Origin: Macrostomum hystrix
Lineage: Eukaryota; Animalia; Platyhelminthes
Assembly: GCA_950097015.1 (NCBI GenBank)
Contig: CATNEN010000002.1
Location: 930,001 to 994,000 of the forward strand
Length of the DNA: 64,000 nucleotides
Direction of reading: 5' to 3'
Numbering within the stretch: position 1 is the stretch's first letter; each line of letters opens with the position of its first letter. A model generated the notes under the pieces. That model made no database searches. It had not been told where the DNA came from and was given only the letters and a program-made list of their open reading frames with translations. A program made the translations under genes and the position numbers. Positions 45,796-58,814 of the stretch are shown here, piece after piece.

Positions 45796-48700
45796 ATGTT
45801 AACTCCAATTGATTTTCAACAAAATCCTCAACTAAAGAATTGTTCAGCTAGGCCTAGTCAACATAGCAACATTTTTCTTAGAAAGAAACTTGAGTCCTGT
45901 AGCAATTTGTTTGTTAAAAGTCTAAATCAACACACTGGCTCTGTAAATGCTATTGAATTTGACAAAAAGAATGATTTTCTTGCTAGTGGTAAGTTGTGCT
46001 TGTAATTCCCTATTGCCTGAAAGTTAAAGTACACAATATAAATATCCAACCCTATGTACAATGCTGACAACAAGCTCTCACATAGTCCTTCTAACCTACA
46101 CCCAATATTTTAAACCCTGCACCCAGTTCTTCAAACCCTGTACCCAATCCTTCAAACCCTGCACCCAATCCTTCAAACCCTGCACCCAGTCCTTCAAACC
46201 CTGCACCCAATCTTTTAAACCCTGCACCCAGTTCTGCAAACCCTGTACCCAATCCTTCAAACCCTGCACCCAATCCTTCAAACCCTGCACCCAATCTTTT
46301 AAACCCTGCACCCAATCTTTTAAACCCTGCACCCAATCTTTTAAACCCTGCACCCAGTCCTTCAAACCCTGCACCCAATCTTTTAAACCCTGCACCCAGT
46401 CCTTCAAACCCTGCACCCAATCTTTTAAACCCTGCACCCAATCCTTTAAACCCTGCACCCAATCTTTGAAACCGTGCACCCAATCTTTTAAACCCTGCAC
46501 CCAGTCCTTCAAACCCTGCACCCAATCTTTTAAACCCTGCACCCAATCCTTTAAACCCTGCACCTAATCTTTGAAACCGTGCACCCAATCTTTTAAACCC
46601 TGTACCCAGTCCTTCAAACCCTGCACCCAATCTTTTAAACCGTGCACCCAATCTTTTAAACCCTGCACCAATCTTTTAAACCCTGCACCCAATCTTTTAA
46701 ACCCTGCACCCAGTTCTTCAAACCCTGCACCCAATCTTTTAAACCTGCACCTAATCTTTTAAACCCTGCACCCAATCTTTTAAACCCTGCACCCAATCTT
46801 TTAAACCCTGTACCCAGTTCTTCAAACCCTGCACCCAATCTTTTAAACCCTGCACCCAATCCTTTAAACCCTGCACCAATCTTTTAAACCCGCACCCAGT
46901 TCTTCAAACCCTGCACCCAATCTTTTAAACCCTGCACCAATCTTTTAAACCCTGCACCCAGTTCTTCAAACCCTGCACCCAATCTTTTAAACCCTGCACC
47001 CAATCTTTTAAACCCTGCACCCAGTTCTTCAAACCCTGCACCCAATCTTTTAAACCCTGCACCCAATCTTTTAAACCCCAGGTGGAGATGACAAGTCTAT
47101 ACGTCTGTGGAGCATTGAGCGCGACATCCTTGCCGAAGATTCCGTTGGACAGTCACCGTCAGGCCGGATGGCTGAGCGTCACATGTCGAACATCTTTGCT
47201 TTGCAATTCGACTGCCTCAGCGGCACCATCGTGTCTGGTGGCAACGATGGCATCATATTTTTGCACAGTGTTGGCACTGGTCAGCTAATACGCGGTATGG
47301 TGAGAACTCAACCAGTTCTCAGCCTTTCCTGCCACCCCACCAATCCGTCATTGCTCTCTGCGGCGTTTAACGACGGTCGGATTATTCAATACGATACTAG
47401 GGCCGCTGAGAGACCTCCGGCTGTCTCACTGCTGACAGGATGTGGCCTAGCCAGCTGTGTGGCTTATCATCCTACTCAGGACCATCTGCTGCTGACTGCC
47501 ACCGCACAGAATGGAGTTTGCCTGATTGACACAAGGCGACCAACGCGAAATTATTGCAGTGTTGAGCCCCCATCTTCTAGTACTGGAGGTTTGTTGTATT
47601 CCAGCTGCGATTCCTGTAGCTTTAGGAATGGGATTTCTGTAGCATTAGGAATGGGATTTCTGTAGCTTTAGGAATGGGATTTCTGTAGCTTTAGGAATGG
47701 GATTTCTGTAGCTTTAGGAATGGAATTTCTGTAGCTTTAGGAATGGGATTTCTGTAGCTTTAGGAATGGGATTTCTGTAGCTTTAGGAATGGGATTCTGT
47801 AGCTTTAGGAATGGGATTTCTGTAGCTTTAGGAATGGGATTTCTGTAGCTTTAGGAATGGGATTTCTGTAGCTTTAGGAATGGGATTTCTGTAGCTTTAG
47901 GAATGGGATTTCTGTAGCTTTAGGAATGGGATTTCTGTAGCTTTAGGAATGGGATTTCTGTAGCTTTAGGAATGGGATTTCTGTAGCTTTAGGAATGGGA
48001 TTTCTGTAGCTCTAGGAATGGAATTTCTGTAGCTTTAGGAATGGGATTTCTGTAGCTCTAGGAATGGAATTTCTGTAGCTTTAGGAATGGGATTTCTGTA
48101 GCTTTAGGAATGGGATTTCTGTAGCTTTAGGAATGGGATTTCTGTAGCTTTAGGAATGGGATTTCTGTAGCTCTAGGAATGGGATTTCTGTAGCTCTAGG
48201 AATGGGATTTCTGTAGCTTTAGGAATGGGATTTCTGTAGCTTTAGGAATGGGATTTCTGTAGCTTTAGGAATGGGATTTCTGTAGCTCTAGGAATGGGAT
48301 TCTGTAGCTCTAGGAATGGGATTTCTTTAACTTTATGAATGGGATTTCTGTAGCTTTAGGAATGGGATTTCTGTAGCTTTAGGAATGGGATTTCTGTAGC
48401 TCTAGGAATGGGATTTCTGTAGCTTTAGGAATGGGATTTCTGTAGCTTTAGGAATGGGATTTCTGTAGCTTTAGGAATGGGATTTCTGTAGCTTTAGGAA
48501 TGGGATTTCTGTAGCTCTAGGAATGGGATTCTGTAGCTCTAGGAATGGGATTTCTTTAACTTTATGAATGGGATTTCTGTAGCTTTAGGAATGGGATTTC
48601 TGTAGCTTTAGGAATGGGATTTCTGTAGCTTTAGGAATGGGATTTCTGTAGCTTTAGTTCTGTTCATTTTGTTATTGCAGTAATGTGTCTTTAGGAAAAT

Positions 48701-51300
48701 GATTAATGAACTTTCAGAACTTTCAGAATAATTTTTTTACTTTAAAACTTATATTTCTTTGAGATAGGGAATTTTGTTAAATTGCTTCTTAGAAAAGGGG
48801 TTTCTGTGAATTTAGTTTCGTTTCAGTAAAAAATATTCTTTCATCGCCTTGAAGCATGTCGTTTAATGGTTGTAAAACATGTAGTTTCAAGGCTGTAAAA
48901 CCTGTAGTTTCAAGGCTGTAAAACATGTAATTTCAAGGCTGTAAAACATGTAGTTTCATGGCTGTAAAACATGTAGTTTCATGGCTGTAAAACATGTAGT
49001 TTCAAGGCTGTAAAACATGTAGTTTCAAGGCTGTAAAACATGTAGTTTCAAGGCTGTAAAACCTGTAGTTTCAAGGCTGTAAAACCTGTAGTTTCAAGGC
49101 TGTAAAACATGTAGTTTCAAGGCTGTAAAACATGTAGTTTCATGGCTGTAAAACATGTAGTTTCAAGGCTGTAAAACATGTAGTTTCAAGGCTGTAAAAC
49201 CTACATTTTCAAGTCTGCGACAAACCTGTTATGCAGATGGCAGTTCCCTCAATGCTGTACTCAGCTCCATCGGTGATTTGGTCCTGGTCGTTGGTCGCCA
49301 GCGCTGCCCGGCCCTTTACAGCCTGTCCGCAGACAACAGCTCAGCCCACAGGTTAGCTGTGTTTGATGATGCCTGTTATTACAGCTCCTGCACCAGCAAG
49401 TCCTGCTGTTTCGCTGGCCCGGACGACTCATTTGTGGCCACTGGCAGCGATTCGTGTCAGGCATTCCTGTGGCGCAGGCCCAGCTGTTCGACATCTTGCG
49501 AAGTGGCCGTGTCAAGGGCAAGCCTGACACTGACTGGGCATCAGTCAGTTGTCAATCAGGTGAGAATTGGGTTCTTCTACGCTCGTAATTCACGTATAAA
49601 ATAAAAATATATATAAAAATTGCAGGAGTGCTGCGGGCAATGGCACATCATTTAGTGACACTAGACCCGCAGCCAGCGAGTAGGCAATTCTGCCCATTTC
49701 GCTGACTCCTGAGCACACACGCACACAGATACCATCTGCCCTGACTTTCTCATCGTCAGACAGTGTACAATCTCACCGTACCTTGAAGGTTGGCCTTCGA
49801 GGGCCAAAAAAAGCTATGATTAAGACTGAGAAATGGGATTTCTGTAGCTTTATCAATAAGTTTGATGTTGCCTGTAAAAGCCTGGTCCACGGACAAAACA
49901 GCCTGTACACAGCTTTTGTAAGCGCTGCACAGTTAACATCTGGCTCCTAGCTCAAGTGTAAGTTCCTTAGTTTTTTCCTAAATTATCCCTATTCTCATCG
50001 GTCCCAGGTTCGCTACAGTCCCAGGTTCTGTCTCCTGGCCACCTCTGGTGTTGACCTGTCCGTCAAGATCTGGTCGCCCTTCACCGCCGGGCCAGGATTC
50101 GCCACACTGGTTGACGAGAACAGTCAGGGCAGTTCAGCGGGGGTCAGGCAGGTGCACACCTACGATGAGTTTCTGCGCGGTGGAGTCCGGACATCGCCCG
50201 GGCATCAGCTGGCGAAGGAGCGTCAGCTGGCCGCCTATTTTGATTCGCTTCTGCAGCGCGACGTCTGCAGTTCGGCAGCGAAGAACAGCTCCACGTCGGC
50301 GTCTTCTTCAGATTCGTCGTCCGACGACGAGTCATCAAGAGCTAGTCGGCGTCCTCAGACCAGGCGACAGTTGACAAGCAGCCGCCTAGACAGGATTCGA
50401 CCCCACCTGCCGCCGAGGTGGGCGGAGGTCAGCGAGTCGGACGATTCTAGCAGTGAGCTGAGCAGCGACAATGACATCGGAAAATCTCGCAACGCGCCGA
50501 ATGCCGACGAAAATTTCGACAGATGCTTGCACAGCTATTCGAAGCGTCGTCGAGGCATTGTCGAAAAACCGACACAGCAGCGCAAACGACGCCACGGACC
50601 GTGCGGTTGTCGCGTGCGACAATTTCGTCTAGCAGGCGCCAGCAATGGACCCGGCTCCATCGATCGGGACCTCGTCATGAGCCGACTGCGCCAGCTGCTG
50701 GGCGAAGCGCAACAACGCCTCGGCAGAGCTGACGCACTGGCAGCCGCTAATGTCTCTTACTCAAACTCGTCCATGATGCTCGCCTCCAATCCTCTGTTGT
50801 CTCTGCGGCCCGCCTCCATGCAGCAGCTGATCTCGGTGGCTCGCCTGCTGCATCACCGCGGACCCATGCCTGCCAAGTCTCCCCCGCCTGGCCAGCTGCT
50901 GTTGCCCGGATCTACCGACCTGCTCGCCACTGTGACTGACCTGCGCACATTTCCCTGCCTAAGCTGGCGCTGTCACCGCCGCTTCATTGTCCGCACAGTC
51001 AGCACCTTCGCCTTCCTGCTCTACGCCGACTGCTCAGCGCTGACTGCCGCCCTGTCGCCGCGACCACCTCCGCCGCCGCCGCCGCCTCCGCCGAATTTGC
51101 CATCGCCAATGTCGTCTTCCTCGTCGAGCTCATCGTCTGGTTCGTCGACTGATTCGGAGGAGGAGGCAGGGCGCGATCGAGGCAACGACATGACGGTCGC
51201 TCGCCTTCTGCAGATGCCGCTGGTGTTTTTCAGCGAAGACGAAGATGATGACGTCGACGAGAGTTCCAGCACTTCCACTTCTGAGTCATCTGATGTTTGA
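45796..51300 (+). CDS. DCAF5: DCAF5/WDR22-like WD40 substrate receptor; join(45796..45988,47082..47588,49237..49559,50008..51300), 771 aa
   Basis: HTGSVNAIEF...LAS|GGDDKSIRLW, HMSNIFALQF...SGGND, YYSSCTSKSCCFAGPDDSFVATGSD, GHQSVVNQ|VRY...TSGVDLSVKIWSP and AYFDSLLQRD all match the remembered DCAF5 pattern. Introns are GT..AG with consistent phases (2316 nt). Confidence 0.88.
46105..47080. repeat. 21-bp minisatellite (AAACCCTGCACCCAATCTTTT)n filling DCAF5 intron 1
   Basis: Tandem units run up to the acceptor ttttaaaccccag at 47081. Confidence 0.95.
47618..48655. repeat. 23-bp minisatellite (TGTAGCTTTAGGAATGGGATTTC)n in DCAF5 intron 2
   Basis: Visible tandem units. Confidence 0.95.
48875..49205. 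repeat. 23-bp minisatellite (GCTGTAAAACATGTAGTTTCAAG)n in DCAF5 intron 2
   Basis: Visible tandem units ending about 30 nt before the exon 3 acceptor. Confidence 0.95.
49630..49756. repeat. dispersed repeat copy A (homologous to 61771-61929)
   Basis: GCTGCGGGCAATG...GGCAATTCTGCCCATTTCGCTGA...CTGACTTTCTCATCG is shared with 61771-61929. Confidence 0.8.
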
Positions 51301-51689
51301 GACGGTTTTTAGCTGTGGAAAGTCCACAGGCTATATATGTCTGTTGCTAGTTTGTATGTGTCACGTAGACCTTCTTTGTGTGACATCATGTGTTGATTGT
51401 TCAGGAAAACAACCGCTATCTTAACTTTGTTTAGTTTCGATATTGGTTGTTTAAATCGTCAATCTTACTAATAGTTTGTATAGCCATTTATTTCAAACTC
51501 CGTGTCTTTCGATGTCAGCTGAGGAGTGTGCTGTGAACATTTATAAATATACGCAGATTTGACACAGCTAATGCGACACTGCCCTTCTATGCATTCAGTG
51601 TGATTGATGCGTCTTAATAGTCGCTGCATGTACATAGCTTGCAAACCGTTTACAAGAATTTAGATTGTCTTTCATTTAGCTCTGATTCT

Positions 51690-53828
51690 CAACCAATCTG
51701 AGTATCTGGGAGAGTGACTGAACCAATCTGATGATCTGGGAGAGTGACTGAACCAATCTGAGTATCTGGGAGAGTGACTGAACCAATTTGAGGATCTGGG
51801 AGAGTGACTGAACCAATCTGAGTATCTGGGAGAGTGACTGAACCAATCTGATGATCTGGGAGAGTGACTGAACCAATCTGAGTATCTGGGAGAGTGACTG
51901 AACCAATTTGAGGATCTGGGAGAGTGACTGAACCAATCTGAGTATCTGGGAGAGTGACTGAACCAATCTGAGTATCTGGGAGAGTGACTGAACCAATCTG
52001 AGCATCTGGGAGAGTGACTGAACCAGTCTGATGATCTGGGAGAGTGACTGAACCAATCTGAGCATCTGGGAGAGTGACTGAACCAGTCTGATGATCTGGG
52101 AGAGTGACTGAACCAATCTGCGGATCTGGGAGAGTGACTTAACCAATCTGCGGATCTGGGAGAGTGACTGAACCAATCTGAGTATCTGGGAGAGTGACTG
52201 AACCAATCTGAGCATCTGGGAGAGTGACTGAACCAATCTGAGTATCTGGGAGAGTGACTGAACCAATCTGAGTATCTGGGAGAGTGACTGAACCAATCTG
52301 ATGATCTGGGAGAGTGACTGAACCAATCTGAGTATCTGGGAGAGTGACTGAACCAATCTGAGTATCTGGGAGAGTGACTGAACCAATCTGAGCATCTGGG
52401 AGAGTGACTGAACCAGTCTGATGATCTGGGAGAGTGACTGAACCAATCTGCGGATCTGGGAGAGTGACTGAACCAATCTGCGGATCTGGGAGAGTGACTG
52501 AACCAATCTGAGTATCTGGGAGAGTGACTGAACCAATCTGAGCATCTGGGAGAGTGACTGAACCAATCTGAGTATCTGGGAGAGTGACTGAACCAATCTG
52601 AGTATCTGGGAGAGTGACTGAACCAATCTGAGTATCTGGGAGAGTGACTGAACCAGTCTGATGATCTGGGAGAGTGACTGAACCAATCTAAGGATCTGGG
52701 AGAGTGACTGAACCAATTTGAGGATCTGGGAGAGTGACTGAACCAATCTAAGGATCTGGGAGAGTGACTGAACCAATCTGAGGATCTGGGAGAGTGACTG
52801 AACCAATCTGAGCATCTGGGAGAGTGACTGAACCAATCTGAGTATCTGGGAGAGTGACTGAACCAATCTGAGCATCTGGGAGAGTGACTGAACCAGTCTG
52901 ATGATCTGGGAGAGTGACTGAACCAATCTGCGGATCTGGGAGAGTGACTTAACCAATCTGCGGATCTGGGAGAGTGACTGAACCAATCTGAGTATCTGGG
53001 AGAGTGACTGAACCAATCTGAGCATCTGGGAGAGTGACTGAACCAATCTGAGTATCTGGGAGAGTGACTGAACCAATCTGAGTATCTGGGAGAGTGACTG
53101 AACCAATCTGATGATCTGGGAGAGTGACTGAACCAATCTGAGTATCTGGGAGAGTGACTGAACCAATCTGAGTATCTGGGAGAGTGACTGAACCAATCTG
53201 AGCATCTGGGAGAGTGACTGAACCAGTCTGATGATCTGGGAGAGTGACTGAACCAATCTGCGGATCTGGGAGAGTGACTGAACCAATCTGCGGATCTGGG
53301 AGAGTGACTGAACCAATCTGAGTATCTGGGAGAGTGACTGAACCAATCTGAGCATCTGGGAGAGTGACTGAACCAATCTGAGTATCTGGGAGAGTGACTG
53401 AACCAATCTGAGTATCTGGGAGAGTGACTGAACCAATCTGAGTATCTGGGAGAGTGACTGAACCAGTCTGATGATCTGGGAGAGTGACTGAACCAATCTA
53501 AGGATCTGGGAGAGTGACTGAACCAATCTAAGGATCTGGGAGAGTGACTGAACCAATCTGAGGATCTGGGAGAGTGACTGAACCAATCTGAGTATCTGGG
53601 AGAGTGACTGAACCAGTCTGATGATCTGGGAGAGTGACTGAACCAATCTAAGGATCTGGGAGAGTGACTGAACCAATTTGAGGATCTGGGAGAGTGACTG
53701 AACCAATCTAAGGATCTGGGAGAGTGACTGAACCAATCTGAGGATCTGGGAGAGTGACTGAACCAATCTGAGGATCTGGGAGAGTGACTGAACCAATCTG
53801 CGGATCTGGGAGAGTGACTGAACCAAAT
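51690..53828. repeat. 30-bp satellite (~71 units), same unit as the syndecan acceptor array, with an 810-bp higher-order repeat
   Basis: Unit GGGAGAGTGACTGAACCAATCTGAG[T/C/G]ATCT; the rare variant GTGACTT occurs at 52140 and 52950. Confidence 0.95.
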
Positions 53829-54694
53829 CTGATAGTGAATAAACCAATCTTCTAGATGTTAAAACTGACCAGAGCTCAGGGAAAAATATAATGAATTACA
53901 ATTTCCTGCTATATTTGCAGGAAAATTTTTATTTCTTGTCAGATACGCCATTTCAATGAGGCAGCGCCTGCTGTTTTTTCAGATTTCTGCACACGTAAAA
54001 AACAATATTTGCTTACTGAAAAGTCTTAGCAATTAGGCAAAATATTGATGGGTAGCATACATGTACAGGTAGCAGTATTGTGAGACCACTCAGCAGGGTA
54101 GATATAGAGGTTTGCTAGTTATGAAACGCAAATGTTTAATCCTCACAAAATACTGCAAGCCTCACGCAGGCAATGTAAGCAGTGGATTGCAATTGCAAAT
54201 AAAATATTTTAGAATGTTACGAATAAAAATTTCTGAATTTCGCAAACATTAATCGCATTGCTAGTGCACATGGAACTGAACTTTTCCATTGTAGTAAATC
54301 AGTTTTACTTAACATCCATAAATTATTTGTACTATTGCAAGCGAAAGCACCATTATTTCTTATACAACAAATTATTTTCTGCTGCAGAAGTAGAAATTTT
54401 CTAATAAATTACGCGCTATAGTACGCGATGGATACTACTGAAGTCCGCATTTATAAGTAGCAAGTTACGCAAAGCACATAATGTTTTGGTGTTAAAGCAA
54501 TTAACAATTAACTTTCACACGATTGGGAATCATTGAGTAATTCATTTTTCCTGAAGTCAAAAAATGAAGTTTTCGTTTAACAAAAGAATTTATATTCGTC
54601 AATTCTTTTTTCGAAAAATAGCTTAAGCCCTGACTTCGCCTCTACAATCTTGTCCAATTAGCTGCAAGCCTCACATCTTCGATATTTTTCTATT

Positions 54695-55250
54695 GGCTAC
54701 AAGCCCCTCCTCTGCGATCATTTTCTATTGGCTACCAGCCCCCCTCTACGATCCTTTCCTATTGGCTACAAGCCTCTCTACGATCCTTTCCTATTGGCTG
54801 AAAGCCCCCTCTCCCATCCTTTCCTATTGGCTGAAAGCCCCCTCTCCCATCCTTTCCTATTGGCTACTAGCCCCCCCTCTCCCATCCTTTCCTATTGGCT
54901 ACTAGCCCCCCCTCTCCCATCCTTTCCTATTGGCTGCAAGCCCCCTCTCCGATCCTTTCCTATTGGTGCAAGCCCCCCTCTCCGATCCTTTCCTATTGGC
55001 TGCAGGCCCCCCTCTCCGATCCTTTCCTATTGGCTGCAACTGCAAGCCCCCCTCTCCGATCCTTTCCTGTTGGTGCAGGCCCCCCTCTCCGATCCTTTCG
55101 TATTGGCTACCAGCCCCCCTCTCCGATCCTTTCCTATTGGCTACCAGCCCCCTCTCTCCCATCCTTTCCTATTGGCTGCAAGCCCCCCTCTCCGATCCTT
55201 TCCTATTGGCTGCAAGCCCCCCTCTCCGATCCTTTCCTATTGGTGCAGTC
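54695..55250. repeat. ~33-34-bp minisatellite (ATCCTTTCCTATTGGCTGCAAGCCCCCCTCTCCG)n
   Basis: Visible tandem units. Confidence 0.9.
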
Positions 55251-55924
55251 CCCCTTCCATTTTCTATCGCTTCTGTAGGAACGTAAGCTCAGTAACTTTC
55301 AGTCAGCCAGTTTAAAAAAAGTGCGGCGCATAAATAGACAGTGCAATGCCAAGCAGAAATATTAGCGCAGTTTAGTTAAGAAAATACAGCAGTAAAAAGA
55401 ACACAGAATTACAAAACAATCAAGAGATTCGACAGAAGAAAAAAGAATTTTAATTATCGATTTCGCAGAAATAGCTCTTTTCGACTAGCTACAGTATATT
55501 AACAGCAGTATGACTAACGCCGTTCATGGTTTAAATTTGCAAAATAAACTTTTTTTGACAGCTCGAACATAAAATAAACCATGAAATAGTACCATAATTG
55601 TAGTTTTCGAAGAACATACGGACACGTAAGTTAAGCTCAGGAATAATTTGAGAACTGGCTGGTCCCAAAACGATTTATATTTTGTTGGCTTTAGAATGCC
55701 CTCAAAACCTGATTGGCCGAGAGAAATGAACTTGTAGCTATTTTTAGAAACGCTCCTCGGGGAAACCCTCGAACTGTGCCCTAACAAACCGAGGCAGATA
55801 AGGAACAGACAGAATCAATCGAAGAAAGACACAACTCACGGAGACGACATTGAGACACAGTTTCATATGAGTCACTGCCGATATTGCACACTGCGGACAT
55901 TGTGGGGTGAGTTTTGTTGAACCA

Positions 55925-56214
55925 TCAGGCGTAGAATTCCCTGCTGGGTGCTTTCTCATAGGCTGGCACATTTGCAGCCTTCTTAGCCGGGTCCAAGGAG
56001 TACGAGCCCTCGTCCGCTTTCCGTATGCGGTAGACGCAGAACACAATCAGCAGGATGACCAGCGCCAGGGCTCCGATGCCGCCGCCAACAATGGCGCCAA
56101 GGATTGCCGGACTGGGGACCAAGCTGTCCGAGCCGTCAATGACAGCCCCCGCTTCAGCACTCGGTGTGGTCTTGTACATGTCTGCTGGAGTGCGCGGGAG
56201 TGCGTTGTGAGCAT
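55925..56214 (-). CDS. SDC: syndecan, terminal exon (juxtamembrane ectodomain, TM, cytoplasmic tail)
   Basis: TM ILGAIVGGGIGALALVILLIVFCV, C1 YRIRKADEGSY and C2/PDZ-binding EFYA*. The acceptor ctctcccag at 56215-56216 is phase 1. Upstream exons were not resolved. Confidence 0.9.
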
Positions 56215-58215
56215 CTGGGAGAGTGACTGAACCAATCTGAGGATCTGGGAGAGTGACTGAACCAATCTGAGGATCCGGGAGAGTGACTGAACCAATCTGA
56301 ACATCTGGGAGAGTGACTGAACCAATCTGAGTATCTGGGAGAGTGACTGAACCAATCTGAGGATCTGGGAGAGTGACTGAACCCAATCTGATGATCTGGG
56401 AGAGTGACTGAACCAATCTGAGGATCTGGGAGAGTGACCGAACCAATCTGAGCATCTGGGAGAGTGACAGAACCAATCTGAGGATCTGGGAGAGTGACTG
56501 AACCAATTTGAGGATCTGGGAGAGTGACCGAACCAATCTGAGCATCTGGGAGAGTGAAAGAACCAATCTGAGGATCTGGGAGAGTGGCTGAACCAGTCTG
56601 AGGATCTGGGAGAGTGACTGAACCAATCTGAGGATCTGGGAGAGTGACTGAACCAATCTGATGATCTGGGAGAGTGACTGAACCAACCTGAGGATCTGGG
56701 AGAGTGACTGAACCAGTCTGATGATCTGGGAGAGTGACTGAACCAATCTGAGCATCTGGGAGAGTGACTGAACCAATCTGAGTATCTGGGAGAGTGACTG
56801 AACCAATCTGAGTATCTGGGAGAGTGACTGAACCAATCTGAGTATCTGGGAGAGTGACTGAACCAATCTGAGTATCTGGGAGAGTGACTGAACCTATCTG
56901 AGTATCTGGGAGAGTGACTGAACCAGTCTGATGATCTGGGAGAGTGACTGAACCAATCTGAGGATCTGGGAGAGTGACTGAACCCAATCTGATGATCTGG
57001 GAGAGTGACTGAACCAATCTGAGGATCTGGGAGAGTGACCGAACCAATCTGAGCATCTGGGAGAGTGACAGAACCAATCTGAGGATCTGGGAGAGTGACT
57101 GAACCAATTTGAGGATCTGGGAGAGTGACCGAACCAATCTGAGCATCTGGGAGAGTGAAAGAACCAATCTGAGGATCTGGGAGAGTGGCTGAACCAGTCT
57201 GAGGATCTGGGAGAGTGACTGAACCAATCTGAGGATCTGGGAGAGTGACTGAACCAATCTGATGATCTGGGAGAGTGACTGAACCAACCTGAGGATCTGG
57301 GAGAGTGACTGAACCAGTCTGATGATCTGGGAGAGTGACTGAACCAATCTGAGCATCTGGGAGAGTGACTGAACCAATCTGAGTATCTGGGAGAGTGACT
57401 GAACCAATCTGAGTATCTGGGAGAGTGACTGAACCAATCTGAGTATCTGGGAGAGTGACTGAACCAATCTGAGTATCTGGGAGAGTGACTGAACCTATCT
57501 GAGTATCTGGGAGAGTGACTGAACCAGTCTGATGATCTGGGAGAGTGACTGAACCAATCTGAGCATCTGGGAGAGTGACTGAACCAATCTGAGTATCTGG
57601 GAGAGTGACTGAACCAATCTGATGATCTGGGAGAGTGACTGAACCAATCTGAGGATCTGGGAGAGTGACTGAACCAATCTGAGGATCTGGGAGAGTGACC
57701 GAACCAATCTGAGCATCTGGGAGAGTGACTGAACCAATCTGAACATCTGGGAGAGTGACTGAACCAATCTGAGGATCTGGGAGAGTGACTGAACCAATCT
57801 GAACATCTGGGAGAGTGACTGAACCAATCTAAGGATCTGGGAGAGTGACTGAACCAATCTGATGATCTGGGAGAGTGACTGAACCAATCTGAGCATCTGG
57901 GAGAGTGACTGAACCAATCTGAGCATCTGGGAGAGTGACTGAATGATCTGGGAGAGTGACTGAATGATCTGGGAGAGTGACTGAACCAATCTGAGCATCT
58001 GGGAGAGTGACTGAACCAATCTGAGCATCTGGGAGAGTGACTGAATGATCTGGGAGAGTGACTGAACCAATCTGAGCATCTGGGAGAGTGACTGAACCAA
58101 TCTGAGCATCTGGGAGAGTGACTGAACCAATCTGAGTATCTGGGAGAGTGACTGAGCCAATCTGAGGATCTGGGAGAGTGACTGAACCAATCTGAGTATC
58201 TGGGAGAGTGACTGA
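56215..58215. repeat. 30-bp satellite (~66 units) built from the syndecan intron/exon junction
   Basis: The minus-strand unit TTGGTTCAGTCACTCTCCCAG|AT[G/A/C]C[T/A]CAGA equals the acceptor plus the first exon bases. One-base insertions lie at ~56383 and ~56984. Confidence 0.95.
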
Positions 58216-58814
58216 ACAAATCTAAGAGTGACATAGCTAGCAATGAGATAAAGTTTTGCGGTTTACCTTGTTTCAAATTGCGAGCATCATATAGCTGAAA
58301 TTTGAATGAGGTTTGAGTTTTTTTAAATGAGGAACTAACTATGAATGCAGACAGCTTTGGCTGTCTAAGTGTTGTTTTTATAGAATACATTTAAGGCTAT
58401 TTAATAAATTTAAATAAAATTTCGCAAATGTTCCTGTCTGGAGCAAATTGTTAGGAAGCCAAAAAAGCACATTCAATCAATATTACTTTGGCAGTCGTAT
58501 AGACTAGACATGCAATTTTTAGATGGGAATAAATAAACTGCCGCTTCACAGAGAACAGGCTTCTGTCCATGCTACCCCAGTCAGTGCTATGATAATCCAG
58601 AAATTTTTAAGCGCATCGGTATCTGGCTTCGGTGATAAAATGCCCAGACGCACTTTTAACTGATGTACGAGTGTATTAGCTGGCTAGCAACAAGTACAAA
58701 CCCACTTGATTGGCTATGCTAGTGTAATTCCTAAAATGTTAATTGCGCCTCCCTACTGTGTTTCTTCACGGGTCGACGGAACCGGCAATATTGAACAGAT
58801 AGAGTATCGATAAG

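Noticed and set aside
46061-47066. KPCTQSF / QGLKDWV repeat ORFs
   Set aside because: They lie wholly in DCAF5 intron 1, defined by flanking WD40 exons with matching phase.
51676-53847. 723-aa LVQSLSQILR ORF (and similar ORFs at 55925-58390) as a real leucine-repeat protein
   Set aside because: It is a stop-free frame of a 30-bp satellite. The syndecan uses a different frame, and the array has frameshifts and stop variants.
46105-58215. 21-30-bp regular repeats as CRISPR arrays
   Set aside because: The units are contiguous with no unique spacers, there are no cas genes, and the context is eukaryotic.
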